The notes under the pieces are model-generated. The model did not search any database, was not told the DNA's origin, and saw only the letters and a list, made by a program, of their open reading frames with translations. Positions 63,411 to 64,000 of a stretch of 64,000 bases of DNA are shown piece by piece; positions within the stretch are counted from its first letter, which is position 1, and each line of letters opens with the position of its first letter. Made by a program: the position numbers and the translations under genes. The DNA comes from Chiloscyllium plagiosum (taxonomy: Eukaryota), in assembly GCF_004010195.1 (NCBI RefSeq), contig NC_057749.1:18656487-18720486 (forward strand), read 5' to 3'.

Positions 63411-64000
63411 AAGCCTGTATTCTTTGGATTTCTGAATGTGATCTCATCGAAACCTAACAAATACTTGGTTGTAGATGCAGGTAAGATATTTACACATAGG
63501 AAGAAATACAGACCATTAGTCTGCTCTGTCATTAATGACTGGCTAAGCTGAACTCTAATTTCCCCTTTCCTGAACCCGGATTACCTTGGGTTAAAAATCT
63601 GTTTCAGCCTTAAATACTTAATGACCCAGCCTTAGTTTCTCCTGATTGGAGAGTCAAGACCTAGGGAAATAATTTGTACAGGGGAACTTTCTTAATGATC
63701 TGCAGGATTTTATAATTTTCTCACCCAATGGCTTCTAGAAACTGAGTTTGAATATGCTTAGTGTTAGATTTGGTTACTAATAGTGTAAAGTTTTGTGGTT
63801 TAAAGGCATTGAAGTATTTTTTCAGTCATAATGGAAAATTTTATACAAAAGCACTTATCTGAACAGAAGTTTCCCTTGTGACTTTTCTAGGACATTGCTT
63901 CCATGTGAATTGAAGATTGATCTAAACTGGTAGGACTGCAAATTAGATGTACTGTTTTTAATTTAGCAAATCTGAGTTTAGTAGGAGTACTTTTTTTTTT

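Overview
Eukaryotic (vertebrate) genomic DNA. The repeat content (HE1-like V-SINEs, abundant CR1 LINEs, Deu-domain SINEs, Penelope-like elements) points to a cartilaginous fish, probably a shark; this is an inference. The window holds exons 1-9 of TRIP4 (ASC-1; C2HC5 zinc finger and start of the ASCH domain) on the minus strand, 48175 down to 3531, all GT-AG and in phase; the rest of the gene runs off the left edge. About 13 kb upstream, divergently oriented, are the CpG-rich promoter and first coding exon of PCLAF (PAF15/KIAA0101), with a CDE/CHR, E2F and CCAAT cell-cycle architecture. The rest is mostly decayed retroelements (CR1, L1, Rex1/Babar, RTE, L2-like, Penelope, SINEs, MITEs), a perfect (GAGAGT)83 microsatellite and two assembly gaps. 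Most notable non-genic signals: (i) at least four families of short, often palindromic, TSD-flanked elements carrying minimal hammerhead-ribozyme cores of the Penelope type, some inserted into each other; (ii) an LTR with a perfect tRNA-Ser primer-binding site and a strong splice donor, sense-oriented in TRIP4 intron 1; (iii) a 5'-intact, 3'-truncated, A-tailed, TSD-flanked L1 in a four-tier nest; (iv) a ~200-bp locally templated insertion in a CR1. Repeat boundaries are by eye and approximate; exon boundaries were read base by base.
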